Shown here: in pieces, positions 50,376 to 64,000 of the stretch | How positions within the stretch are numbered: position 1 is the stretch's first letter | How the letters are laid out: each line of letters starts with the position of its first letter | Assembly (NCBI RefSeq): GCF_006345805.1 | Contig: NC_043004.1 | Location: 77,934,001-77,998,000 of the forward strand | Source of the DNA: Octopus sinensis | Taxonomy: Eukaryota | Reading direction: 5' to 3' | DNA: 64,000 nucleotides | Position numbers and translations under genes: made by a program | Notes under the pieces: generated by a model | The model's database searches: none | Seen by the model: the letters and a program-made list of their open reading frames with translations, nothing else | Told to the model about the DNA's origin: nothing

Positions 50376-51917
50376 AGATTCCTTCTATTTTCTTACAGGT
50401 AAAGCAATGGAAAATATCGAAATCTAATTTTCATTAAATCTGTGGACAAGGGATAATGTCTGGTTCTCACTGAAACTGTTCCAGAAATTTAGGGAGAGCT
50501 GAATCGTCTGTTGGTAATTCCAACAGAAACAGAGTGAAGATCCTTTATGATGAGTCTGAAGACTTTCAGGAAGAATACTCTAACTGTTAGGTATGGAGAT
50601 TTCTCAATAATAATAAATAATAATAATAATAATAATAATAATAATCATCTTTTCTACTCTAGGCACAAGGCCTGAAATTGGGGGTGGGGGGACAGAACAG
50701 TCGATTAGATCGACCACAGTACGCAACTGGTACTTAATTTATCAACTCCAAAAGGATGAAAGGCAAAGTCAACCTCAGCGGAATTTGAACTCAGAATGTA
50801 AAGACAGACAAAAAACTGCTAAGCATTTCACTTGGCATGCTAACATTTCTGCCAGCTTGCTACCTTTCAATAATAATATCTAATAATAATATTTAATAAT
50901 AATATTTGATAATAATAATAATAATAGTGGCGACATGGGTGTTTCATTCATCATCCTTAAACAACCCTTATTCAGAGACCATTTGAGCGGGATGGGCTAC
51001 TCGACCTAAAGAAAATTCTTACTCGGCCCCACCTGCAAGGTCATGTGCTGTTTATCTTGATATGAGATCACCATGTTGCACACATATGGTTGTGATGCAT
51101 GTGCCTAGTGCACCCTTATCATACAGGTTGTCATGATGGGTATATTGAGCTTCATATATTTATTTCTTTATTGCCCACAGGGGGCTAAACATAGAGAGGA
51201 CAAACAAAGGGATTAAGTTGATTACATCGACCCCAGTGTGTAATTGGTACTTATTTAATTGACCTCAAAAGGATTAAAGGCAGTGGACCTTGGCGGAATT
51301 TGAACTCAGAACATAATGGCAGACAAAATACCGCTAAGCATTTCGTCCAGCATGCTAACGATTGTGCCAGCTCATATATTGGTATCCCAGTGTCACTTTG
51401 ATGGTGTATGCTGCTCTCTTACTCAATAATAATAATAATAATCATAATTTCTTTTTTATTAGCCACAGGGACATAGATGAGAGGGAAATCACAAAGGCAG
51501 ACAACAATTTTTGTGGGGATTAAGAAAAATGATGGGTGAGAAAGAAATGGAAAAGAGAGTGAAATGCAATAAAAGTATAGATACAAAGTGATAGCATGAA
51601 TGATGTAATCCTCCTGATTAAAGGAGAAATTCCAACTAGGGTCAATCAAGGAACCCCACAGATCCACGACTACCCTGACCACCAAAATTCTGATCCCTCT
51701 CTCCTGCTCTCCAATATACAGGTGCAGGTTTAGTGTAGGGCCATTCACTCTAAACCAGTTTTGCTACAGTCACCCATCTTTTTTACAAATTCACTGGGAG
51801 CTGGAACTTCCCTTTCTCTCCTCATTTTACATTCAAGGTGCAGCTTAAAAGAAAACTGATGAGAGCTTGACCAGGAAGGAAGGTGTCTTTTCTCTATCCC
51901 TTCAGCTTCATTTGTCA

Positions 51918-52343
51918 CGTCTGGCAGCTGACTTTGCAGACACCCATAAAATTATTAACCATCTTACAAACAACAACTCTGAGCACCTTTTCAAACTCTA
52001 TCTGTCTAACACTCATGAACATGTTTACGAAGTCAGAAAACAGCATAGCTCCCATGACTTTCGGAAACATTTTTTAACGCTAAGAGTTGCTGAAGCATGG
52101 GACAGACTGCCAGCATCAGTTAGTTGTCGGAGCACTGCATCCTTCAAAACTTCCATGCTTCCTGAGATTCTCCAACACTACACCTGATTTTCTCCCCTCC
52201 ATACACATGCAAGCATGTATCTGACTCATACACTGTTCACTTCCCAGACATTTGTACATTACTGTATATGCTTTATTCGCACTTTTGACAAGTCGTGGTG
52301 CACCTGAGCACTGTATACAATAATTTCATTATTATTATTATTA
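51918..52343 (+). mobile_element. 5'-truncated CR1-clade LINE 3' end
   Basis: RLAADFADTHKIINHLT...RVAEAWDRLP...FKTSMLPEILQHYT* and (ATT)n tail. Confidence 0.85.
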
Positions 52344-54819
52344 TAACGTCTTATGCAACAGTCATGAACAAAGGAACACGATTTGCCCTGCCTAGTTAAA
52401 GATGAGTGGCAGGGCGATCTTCACAATGCGTTTAGCTCAGTGTTGGACTCATTCCCCACACAACCACAGCTGTCTGATACAACTCCATGAGTCAACAATG
52501 CTCAGACACTGACTAAATGCATGCAGTATAGGTTCACGCCACACCATAGCATCAGGGGCAGTGTTACCTGGCAACCTTCCACGTCAATAGAGTTTATTGC
52601 CAACAAGCAGTGCGCCCCAGCAGCCTTGCTAAGCCAGGGATTTCTGATGTTATCTTTGGTGATTCCCAGCTTGAAAATCATCAGAAACGGACGAACAAGT
52701 TTATCCTCGTTGACGCTCAACGTTTCCCAGAGAAAACATCATCACTCGTACCTGCCCGAGACCCCTAAATATTGCTAATGTAGAACTACTACCACTAGCA
52801 TCGCCCAACTGGAAGAGGGCTGAGAGCTCCTGACGAAATTCCAGATGGCAAATAGATCAATCTTAAAATACGAAAGAAGAAAATGGTATCGTTAAACAAT
52901 GAAACGCATAGTTTAAAGGGAAGTAACTCTTCAAAAATGTTTCATACAGTTGATAAGTTTGACTGTCCAACTAAAACGTATTGAGTGCTACTTTTATTTG
53001 CTCACTCGTATTTATAGGCGTGTTATCTAGCTGTTAGGGTATACAGACGATCGCGAGGACATGGTTTCTATTCTCAGATCAGCTGTGCCTTGTGTTCTAG
53101 AGCAAAACCCTTCATATCACGTTGCTCCAGTCCACTTGGCTGCAAATGAGTCACCCCTTGATGGAATGATGTTCTGTTCAGGGGGAACTTTGGTCTGCTC
53201 ACTTAACCAGCGGGGTGGCATCGTTCAAAAGCTAAAACAATGCAAAACGTATTGTGACCAGCAATATGTAACAGAATTTGATAGTCTATGGAATTTGTTG
53301 AGGCTCTTCCTGTTCCTAACACTAGCTGAATGATAACTAAGTTATTTTATCAAATTCTTTGTTATATTTAAAGTAATTGAAAGAAATACAGAGCATTTCA
53401 AAATTAATAGTCACGAGAGGGTGCTATGGAAGGAACTCTTTGAATGAACAGCACATGGCAACACTTCCATGCGAACTGCCAGTGGCTCTCAGTAGCACTG
53501 CTAGGCAAGGGATTTCTAGATGTCACCCACGGTAATTCCCAGCCTGAAATTCATCAGAAACAGACCAACTATTTCATTCCTGTTGACAAATTTTCCCAGA
53601 GAACATCATTGCTCATACCTGTCACCAGATCTCTATTTATTGCATAAAAAATATTTCTAAATATATTTCTAAAAAAAAAAATACCAACTGTAAATACCCA
53701 GTACACCCCATTATTTCCCCATGACATCTGCTGCACGTTCATAAACACAAAACAGCTTCAAGGACCAATACTGTTCGGGTTAACAACCATTGACAGTATG
53801 CAGCTCTCTCATTGGTGGAGTCATTATTCTGTCCTTAGCCAAGGGCCACAACTCTGAAATTTAAGTTTACTTCATATCTCGTTCATGGCCCAGGGACGAG
53901 TAGCAGCTTCAACATGTTTCCGTTGTAAAAAAGCACCTTACTCCTGTTGATAAGGTAATATTAAGGGACCCCCATAATATAAATAATAAATATGAAAATA
54001 AGGACCAAATATTTCCTTTAAATCTTTCATGTTTACCACACAAAATTTGATGAAATACTTTATGAACTCAAGAGAAGTCAGTTTTTCTCTACATCATCCT
54101 AGAATTTCCCTGGACACATCATCAGCTGGCACTGATCAGGCCCCAGTTTGTGGTTAGTTAGCATTTACCCCTTTGTAGCACTGCTCTTTCAAGGGTTCAC
54201 ATCTCCTCAGCCACAGCCACCCTAACACAGCCTCTGCTGTGCCCCAACAGCCAACCTGATAGTTTTCTGCCTACTGGCCCCTATAATGCCAAGCAAGTCA
54301 TAAGCTCAGTAGAGGGACCAGCCTATTCTTATACAGATATAGAATAATGTTCCATGGAATATATGAATATTGGACAGAGTTTTCAGAGAAATCTAAGAAA
54401 ACATTAAAAATCTTTGTTAGTTAAAATGGAAATATGGTCTTGGATTCTAGATTTTGGTCTAACCTCTTTGGCAGAGGTTTAAGTCATTTAAGAATAAAGT
54501 TCCTGAGAGTTGTAGTCGCGGGTAGGATGATCTACACAAAGTATTAATTTTGGGGCTTGGAATATGAAAGAGAAAAGGGATAACAAGAAGAAACATGGGT
54601 TTGAGCAGCCCAGGTAGTGATGGTTGGTAGCTAGGGAGTTCTGAGGGGTAAGGCCCATTATAGCAGCAGTGTTGGAGTGAGAGAGAGAGGAGGTCTGTGG
54701 GCCAGTTTACTATAACAGGTTGCTGAGTAGATTATTTTTCACCAGTCAGTTGGATAATGAACAGGGGACCAGAATAGTTGTGTAAATAACAGCAGCACTA
54801 TCCTCTCTGTGTGTATGAC

Positions 54820-54890
<71 letters not shown>

Positions 54891-56170
54891 AATATTCTTT
54901 TGTGGGTCACACTTCAGCTCTACAAAGAGTTCAACAACTGACTCAGAAATAAATAATTATTATTATTATTGAGTGAGAGAGCTGTGCATGCCATTGATCT
55001 CATATCAAGATAAACAACACATGACCTTGCAGGTGGGGCCCAGTTAAAATTTTCTTTAGGTTGAGTAGTCCATCCCACTCAAAAGGTCCCTGAATAAGGC
55101 TTGTTTAAAGCTGATGAACAAAACACCCATGTTTCCAGAGGTGAATTATCCAAACCCCAAAGAATTCCTCTCAACACATGTTCCCCCACTACTTCTACTC
55201 ATGATCAGAGATGCACATATCGTCAACCACAAAGGGACATGCTCAACTGGTTAAGGTCAAGCAACTGACAAGCAAATCTGTGGTATTGAGCAGAATATTT
55301 GCTGTAGCCCATCTTTTATATCTTTTATACCTAGACAAAATAATGTACATGGTAACACTTCCAGTCAGTTGGTTCTGAGGAGAAATTATTATTATCTGGT
55401 TCCGAAGAGGAAACTTGTAATTTCAATATCGTTTCCTCACTGTTGTGTATATACACAATGCTGCTATGGGAATTCTTGCTCCTCAAAATACTACACATGG
55501 AGTTACATAATGGATTTCCATTCTTTTACTTACATTTACCAGTTTCCTATGAGTCCAATAGCAAAAGTCTACAAACATGGACCTAACTATATCTATATAA
55601 TAATGAAATTATTGTATACAGTGCTCAGGTGCACCACATATCTATCTATGTATCTATTTATATAATGACCAGACACAGATTTAATAACTATGGATGTGAT
55701 ATGAATTATAAAATAAAGGTGTGTAAAACATCTCACTGATTTTCTAGGAAATGTGTAAAAATATATATGAATGGCATTTCCAAGAAGTTATTTACAGAGA
55801 AGTGCAATGTTGTAATGGTTCAATAATGAGTAACAATACAAGGATTTACAGATATTTTACAAGAACTGTTTTCTGACCCCATGGCATAAGGAAGAATTTA
55901 ATCTCAAAGAATTAATACAGTTTCAATACTGTAAGTTGAAACCGTTTTCAAATCTTTAGTAAAACACGTTGATTGAATATAAATTCGGACGCTTTGGGAC
56001 CACCCAATTACTAAAATGTAAGGCTTTTAATGGAATGGTAAATTCCCAAGAAGCGTTTATGGAAAGTAATAAAGGGGAGATAACTACGTTAAAAGTGTGA
56101 GGAAACTCATCGACGAAAAGAATAAAAGAAGCTGGTCTGGTTTTCCTACAAGAATCGGTGAAATTAAACG

Positions 56171-56419
56171 TCTCTCTATATATAAACGGCAAAATGTCTG
56201 TCTCTGTGTGTGCGTGCGTGTCCTTTATACAAATCCACAATTTTTCAGTTAGAGGGCTCGCACTTTCCATGATCATTCAAAACCGAACAAGGGTGGTCGT
56301 GCACATCTTTACATTTCCCCAGTCACCCTGCAAAGCCGTTAAAAAATCAATAGAAGTGACTTTTTTGTGAATTTTCTATCCAGAACCCAATCATGACCGT
56401 TGCCGGGTCATAGTACTAG
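56171..56419 (+). mobile_element. Short non-autonomous Helitron-like element
   Basis: 5' TCTCTCTATATATAAA..tgtctgtc; 3' hairpin tgacc..ggtca followed by CTAG|T. Confidence 0.6.
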
Positions 56420-56764
56420 TTGAAAATAAATTGAGAGCAAATTAACGCCAACAGTCATAGAGTTATTTCCCTTCAATGGCCATGTATGAACCTCCGTGAG
56501 ATGAAAAATAAGATGAAACTAACGCATAAGATATACCATATTCGATGGCGTACGAGATGCACTACTTTCTCAAAAAAAATTTAAAAAAAAGAATAATCTA
56601 CCCCCTGGGGGAACAGATATGTGGAATGCTTTAAAAATTGCGTTTTAATGCATTAGAAATTTTGTTTTCTTGATTATGATCTGATGGTATTGGGGGACAT
56701 CGAATATGCCGTCAGATACAGTTAAAGAAATAAAATCGACATATTAAAAATTAATCTTATTTTT

Positions 56765-57141
56765 TATCTTTTACTTGTTTCAGTTATTAGAGTGCGGCCA
56801 TGCTGGGGCATCGCCTTGAAGTTTCAGTCGGACGAATCGATACTAGTACCAATCTCTTTTTGTAAAGTCTGGTACGTTTTCTATCAGTCTCGTTTGCCAA
56901 ACTGCTAAGTAATGGGGGCATAAACACACCAACACTGGCTGTCAAGGTCTGCTGTGGCAAAGACACAGGCATACACACACACACACACACACACAGAGTT
57001 TTCTTTCAGTTTCCATCAGCCAAATCCACTCACAAGTCAGTCCGAGGATATAGCAGGAAACATTGGCCGAAGATGCCATGCAGTGGAACTGAACCCAGAA
57101 TCATGTGGTTGAGAAGCAAGCTTCTTACCACACAACCACAC
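56765..57141 (-). mobile_element. SINE family B copy (an opposite-strand copy lies at about 57695-58092)
   Basis: Reverse complement of 23374-23750. Confidence 0.8.
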
Positions 57142-58785
57142 TTGTTATATATATATATATATATATATATCAATAATTCGTTATATATATCAATAATTCG
57201 TTTTAGTTTTATTTTTATTTCATGAAATTCTGATTTTATTTTACTTCTTCAAAAAGGAAATCTTAAATATCTAAAAGCCTTCAAAATCAGTTTTGATCAG
57301 TCGCTGGCTGAGGTTGGTTAATAATAATTGTTTAATTAAATAATGACTTTATGCATTGCAGAGATGTAAAAAAACACAAACATAATATTCTTATACTTCT
57401 TAAGATCTTGTAATGAAGATCTTAATTAAACCAAGTCAGAAACAATTGCTAAATTGTGAAAACATTGTAAATTATTTTTTAAAGATTCATATTTAACAAA
57501 ACTCAAAAGACATGTTGTCTTTGGTTCCAAAGAATTCTTCCAATTCAAAACAAGTGTTATGGCTGATTGATAGCAATAAAAGTGGGGAATCAAACCAATT
57601 AATCGAATGGGAATTGTCACAGCCAAAGAGAATAATTCAAACAAAGGGGAGCAACGAATCCCAAAATAAGAAATAAATCACCAGTGTGGAAAGCCGTGAA
57701 GTCATGGCTGAATTGTTAAGAAATTCATCTTGCAAATACATCGTTCCAGGTTCAATCTCACTGCAGAGTACCTTGAGAACGTGTTTTCTACTATAACCCC
57801 AGGCTAACCAATGCCTTGTGAGTGAATTTGAAAGAAGGAAACTATATAGAAGCCCCTCATATATATGTGATGTGTGTTTCTCTTTGCATATATGATCGTC
57901 TCCTTACATTACTGTTTGTCAACCAGTGTTGGTTTGTTATGTCCCTATAACTTAAAAAATTAGCAAAAAGGGTTGGAATATAAGAATGGTGAGCAGGATG
58001 GGGGTGGGGTCAGTCTATTTGGCTAAAAAGGCCTTCAAGGCTGTGCTCCAGCATGGCCACAGGCAAATGACTAAAACAGGTAAAACCTAAAAGATGAAGA
58101 TGATAAGCAGAACAGGAAAACAGTAATAACAATGATTCAAGAAAGAAAGAAAAGAAATAAACTCCAGTGAACATCGAAACAGCTGTCGACAAAGAGGAGA
58201 AATCAAGTAAATATCAGAGAAATAACTCACTCCATCGAAGCATGTCCGTGATGCTGTGTCATTATACCCGAATGATGGACCTTCACATACAGCGCTTGGA
58301 AGAGCTAAAACAGCCCTTAAATATTCTTCAAATTTTTCTTGTATTTGATAACCACTTGAATCAGAGATTTGAGTAAAAATGTCTGTAAAACAATAGAAAT
58401 ATAAAGATAGATGTAAGATATATATATATATATATATATGTATATACCATTATTATTCATCGAAAAATCTTTTTGTTTATTGGTAGATTTAATCAGTTCT
58501 TGAAATGTTCCCAAATACTTCGAAAGCACAGTAGTATTTTTAATACAAACCCACTGAAACTGTCCCTGGTTCTAAGATACAAACTCCTTGTTTTAAAGCG
58601 ATCTGAATTAAACCCTTCCAAAACATTTCATGTTGACTTGTGTTTCAAACACAAGCTTAACCCTTTAGCATTTAAACAGACCATGCCCAGCCAAAATATT
58701 CTCCCCGTTTTATGTTCAAACTGACCAGATCTGGCCTCTCGTGCCTACCTTACAATGACAATCTGAAAAAATAAACAATCACATC

Positions 58786-59179
58786 AAATTATTAACCATC
58801 TTACAAACAATAACTCTGAGCACCTTTTCAAACTCCACCTGTCTAACACTCGTGGACATGTTTACAAAATCAAAAAACAGCACAGCTCCCATGACCTTCG
58901 GAAACATTTTTTAATGCCAAGAGTTGCTGAAGCATGGAACAAACTGCCGGCATCAGTTGTTAGTTGTCGGAGCACTGCATCCTTCAAAACTTCCATGCTT
59001 CCTGAGATTCGCCAACACTACACCTGATTTTCTCTCCTCCATACACACGCAAGCATGTATCTGACTCATACACTGTTCGCTTCCCAGACATTTGTACATT
59101 ACTGCATATGCTTTATATGCACTTTTGTCAAGTTGTGGTGCACCTGAGCACTGTATACAATAATTTCATTATTATTATT
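58786..59179 (+). mobile_element. 5'-truncated CR1-clade LINE 3' end nested in MITEs
   Basis: Nearly identical to 49331-49735. Confidence 0.85.
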
Positions 59180-60619
59180 TTAAGAAATCTCTAAGCTACA
59201 AAATGATGTTTGACTAATTCCAAACAATGTGAATAAATAAGCATCACATTTAACAGAGCAATCTCACAGCTAAAGGCTCAACAACGATAAAGTTATTTTA
59301 CTAAATTCTTTGTTATTTTCAAAATTAACTGAAACAAAGGCAGCATATTTCAACAGAAACAGCAAAAAAGGGCTTTAAAATAGGAAATAAGTGAAGAAGT
59401 TTTTATGTAACCAACAGCTAAGTCACCCAATCATCACATTCCTTATTGTCTTTTAGTCCTTTTGTGCCAACCCACTCAAGACTGCTCCTGGTTCTGTCGG
59501 ACAAACTTCCTGTTCCATAGGGTCTGAATTTAAAACTTCCCATCGAAATTTCATGTTAAGTTATGTTCCGAAAACCAGTTTAAAAATGAATTATTTTAGT
59601 AAATTCATTACTTAAGAAATTAATTGAAACAAACGCAGTGAATTTCAACAGGAAAACTTTAAGAAAGGATCAACAAAGGCACGTGTTTATATTTGTATTA
59701 TAGTCAATATTTGAGTAGTCATTGTAGAACACAGCAGTTAAGAGAAAATTAACAACAATTTAAATGTGTGTATGCTTGCATACATGTTGTTTGTACTTCC
59801 ACTATTTCAGTTTATCATATATTGTTGACTGTGACAGACATGGGGGTGACCCAAACTACAGACCTGCTGTTTGAATCATCTAAAATTCTGCTTACTCACA
59901 CATTAAAACGTGTCAATACAAGAAACAATCGTCTCTCGAAATTAAACTAAATATCTCATGAAACTTAAAGAAGTGTCGAGATTAAATGGTTTTTCTCTTG
60001 ATAAGAAATACGGTTTCAAATATTGGCACAAGGCCAGCAACTTTGGAGGCGGGGAACAAGTCGATTACATCAACTTCGGTGTTCAGCTTATTTTATTAAT
60101 CTCAAAAACCATAAAAGGCAAAGTCGACCCTGGTGGAATTTGAACTCAGGACATAAAGACAGACGAAATGTCACTAAACATTTGGTCCAGCACTGTAGCG
60201 GTTCTGCCAGCTTGCTGCTCTAATCAGAAGATATGTGAAAATAAATTTTGAAAAACAAGCTGCATTTTCAAGGGAGATTACTCAGGAAAATTATTTTAAT
60301 GAAGCCATCAGCTTCAGTAAAATAATTTGGTTCCTGGATCCGACAAACGAGAGCCAAAAACTCTTGTTAGATTCATTGGTCTGAAGGATCTTTGGCTCAA
60401 GAGACACAGGGCCAAAATTTTGCAATGTTTTGAAGTTTCCTTACTTCTATGAATCGAATGTGTAATGAGCAAATATAAAAAAGTAATAATAATGAACTTG
60501 TTGTATACAGCGCTCAAGTGTGTTACAACCCAAAAGAAGAAGTAGACACAGGAGGGAGGGGCATCAGGTGTGCTGTTGATGAATTCCAGGAAGCATGGAA
60601 GTTTTGAAGAATGTAATGT

Positions 60620-61249
60620 CCTCCTTTATGAGCCGCTCTCCGGCTATCTATCTGCGGCTTTATATAGCTATGGTACGACCTCACCTGGAATTTGCATCAC
60701 CGGTCTGGAACCCCTATCTTGCCCAGGATATTAATCGTCTGGAAGCCATTCAGCAGCGTGCAACCAAGAGAATACCCTCCATCAGGCATTTGCCATATTC
60801 TGAATGCCTTACTTCTCTGGGCATGGACACATTGAAACTCCAAGTCTGGCAGCTGACTTAGCAGACACCCATAAAATTATTAACCATCTTACAAACAATA
60901 ACTCTGAGCACCTTTTCAAACTCCACCTGTCTAACACCTGTGGACATGTTTACAAAGTCAGAAAACAGCACAGCTCCCATGACTTTCAGAAACATTTTTC
61001 ACACTAAGAGTTGCTGAAGTATGGAACAAACTGCCGGCATCAGTTGTTAGTTGTCGGAGCACTGCATCCTTCAAAACTTTCATGCTTCCTGAGATTTGCC
61101 AACACTACACCTGATTTTCTCCCCTCCATACACACGCAAGCATGTATCTGACTCATACACTGTTCACTTCCCAGACATTTGTACATTACTGCATATGCTT
61201 TATATGCACTTTTGACAAGTTGTGGTGCACCTGAGCACTGTATACAATT

Positions 61250-61283
<34 letters not shown>

Positions 61284-61308
61284 CATTATTATCATTATTA
61301 TTATTATT
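60620..61308 (+). mobile_element. Longest CR1-clade LINE 3' fragment
   Basis: LYIAMVRPHLEFASPVWNPY...LEAIQQRATKRIP...LPYSECL is the typical CR1 ORF2 post-RT region; frameshifted; stop at 61112-61114; (ATT)n tail. Confidence 0.9.
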
Positions 61309-64000
61309 AACAACTGATATGACTAGGTTATTCCATGCTTATTCCAGTTTGTTTGAAATGAGTTATTCTCCATTCTCCAGTGACAAAATAAATACAACAA
61401 TGATAAGCAAATCCACATTTGAATTTGCTCGAATATGTTAAGAAGGAATAAGTAAGACATTATTTTGGTAAAGATTCTCTAACTATTAACAGCCATACTG
61501 ACAGGTTTTAGGTTTAGTGTTGTAGTAGCAAGGTCTTAGAACAGTCAATGCCAAAGTTTGTGCCACTTCAAGAAAACAGGATTTAGATTTGCATTTCTTG
61601 AGGAAGAGGCCGAGAGGGGTGCAACGTAGATGGAACCCTGAGTATCTCAAACAGCCAAGAGTCTTTGAACCATCCAATCTGCTTCAGCTTTGGTTCGAAT
61701 ATCATGTTTTTGCTGAAGATTTCATATGTCAAGCACAAAAGATGTACCTTGGTATCATAGTAACAGGGTATACAGGTAAAATTTACAGTGCTGCCCTCAT
61801 TGACAAGGATGAAGGTGAGTGAGAACTTCAGAAATGTGGCTTCTCTCAACCTAACTATATTGACATTGATAATTTAGTAACATTATGGGAACTGGTGGGG
61901 TTTGATCTCAGGATGCTGGAGTTTACAAATGAAATGACAAAAAGACAGCAATGCATGGAGAAATGCAACATTGAAATAAATCAACGTCAAATCTATGTCA
62001 GCATGGAAAAACTGATGTGATGACAATGTTGGCGATGGTGATGATGATGGTGGTGATATCGATGATGATGATGATGATGGTGATAGTATGGAGAAAATTT
62101 AACACATTAGTTAAATGGCTTTTCTTCAAAGATATTTTGAGATCCAAATGGTAAAAAAAAGTTGACATAAAACAGAATCTCTTAGAAATATCTATAGAAG
62201 TTCTTCTGGATTAATGTATTCCTTGCTCCTAAAAAAGGTCTAATCTCAATAAAAAGTTTAAGGAAGAACTACAGACATTCCTTGTTTGGTGAGGTGGTTT
62301 CTCTGACACATAAATTTAATCAAATAACAAGGAGTTTTTTACTGCCTTTTCCCTTTTACATCAACACTTTCACTGCCAAGCACTATTAACCCTCACAAAC
62401 ACTCCCACCCATCCACCCAAACCAACAGACAGCTATTAATTTAATATCCCTTTTTTATATATAGAAACACTCAGCATTTGTCAGTCAGCAAGGCTCTTAC
62501 CCTGATCCCCAAGAACCCCTTATAGTTCTTCCCCACCCCGTCCCCTATTGTTCCTGCATTTAAATTCTCTTCTATTGTCATCAGTTCTCTTCCACAAAAA
62601 TAATTTGTCTCTCTTAATTTACAACACTTTTCAAGAACCTTTTATCATTTTATGGGAGTAAATATCAAATAAGGATCTCCACTTTAAAATACCAGCTTTT
62701 ATTTTATTTTATTTTTTGTTTTTTACTTGTTTCAGTCTGTAGACTGTGGCCATGCTGTGGCACCACCTTGAGGAATTTTTAGTCAAATCAACCAACCCCC
62801 AGTACTTTTTCTTAAAACCTAGGACTTATTCTATCATTCTCTTTCACCGAACTGCTAAGTTACTGGGATGTAAACACACCAACACTGGTTGTGAAGTGGT
62901 GGTGGTGGTGGAGTACAAACACACACATAACTATTTAACTATATATTTCATTTCTCTGTCTGAAGAATTTCTTATCAGAAATTCCTAGCATGTCTATCTA
63001 ATATATAAAACTCTGTAATTCCTACTAGCAAATGAAACATGTGTAATGGAGGATAACTGATACCAATAAATTTTCTAATTTCCTGCCTTGTTACACACAT
63101 ATATATATATATATTCAGCAGCATGAGCACTGAGAAGTGTTTAGGCATAAGTAAAATTTAGATTAGCTAAAATATATTTGTGACATATTTCAACATCTAA
63201 AGTTGGAATTCACTGCACTTATTCCGAAGAAAAATTTCTCTCTTATGGTAAATGGTGTAAAAAAAACATCATATCTGCCCAGTGCTACCTGCTATCAGGT
63301 TCCCAGATATGTTCCTAGCTCTTTAGCCATTATCAATAGGAAATATGGAAGAGAGGTAACTCTGAGCAGATTTTAAAGCCATGGCTTTAACACAGGCAAC
63401 AATATTGACTGAGTTGCACTATCAGACTGCCAGCTCAGAAGAAATTCAGCAGTACCAGTGCCAAGCAGTGCTTAGGCATAAGCAAACTTTGTTGACTGTG
63501 TTTAGTTTAGAATAAAACCACAGATAGTATCATAGGAGGCACACTGTCCAATTGTCCCAGCAGCAAATTCAAAATGTGCTCAAAGACCAATGTGGTATAT
63601 GAGGTAGTCTGCAGTGTGTGTGTGTCTGTCTGCCTGTCTTTCTCTCTCTCTCTCCCTCCCCACCACCAGGAAATTGTACATTCAAATTGAAAAATATATG
63701 TGTACAGACACTTCGATCAAAAGACACCTTCAGAAGGGTCACACCTAGGATTTCAAGGGCCACTCAACATAGCAGGGATAGTCTCTGAGTCATGGAGGCC
63801 CTGTTACCAATGGACAGAAACCTGCCATTAATAACAGGAAGGAACGACCTGGAGCAGACTGGTCATTATAACAACATCAGTCTGTGCATGTTCCCTTCCT
63901 TCCCCAACAAATCTCAGCAATGACCTTTTCCATCCCTTGCTTTTCCGCATATCCTGAAGGAGGGGTCAGAGCACCAAAATTGATAAACATGAGGTAAAAT

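Noticed and set aside
55534-55582. 49-nt segment ending in GTAAGT on minus
   Set aside because: Poor acceptor, length not a multiple of 3, no homology.
61486-61849. Overlapping ORFs in non-repetitive sequence as a possible upstream dystrobrevin exon
   Set aside because: No frame resembles the expected YIFS..LPTAVFEGPSFGY exon or any protein I recognise.

Overview
AT-rich, microsatellite-dense animal genomic DNA. The SINE families and simple-repeat load look like a coleoid cephalopod, probably Octopus (inferred, not proven). The whole window lies inside one minus-strand dystrobrevin gene. Three conserved coding exons can be read with canonical AG/GT ends and matching phases: 26689-26797 (end of the EF-hand region), 25402-25568 (ZZ zinc finger) and 12706-12833 (KSPAK linker). 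The other exons lie outside the window, so the intron above 26798 is longer than 37 kb unless exons were missed. I also see candidate microexons or cassette exons (9 nt at 22659-22667, 11 nt at 12530-12540 and 7941-7951, 39 nt at 45974-46012) and a tandemly duplicated splice acceptor at the ZZ exon. The introns hold two decayed full-length Tc1/mariner elements, MITEs, Helitron-like non-autonomous elements, CR1 and R4/Dong LINE 3' ends, several SINE families, minisatellites and two near-identical tandem duplications. They also hold several fold-back elements carrying minimal hammerhead-ribozyme-like motifs, one joined to a tRNA-like Pol III head. Nearly all ORFs in the supplied track are microsatellite or repeat artefacts. 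Repeat boundaries are approximate.
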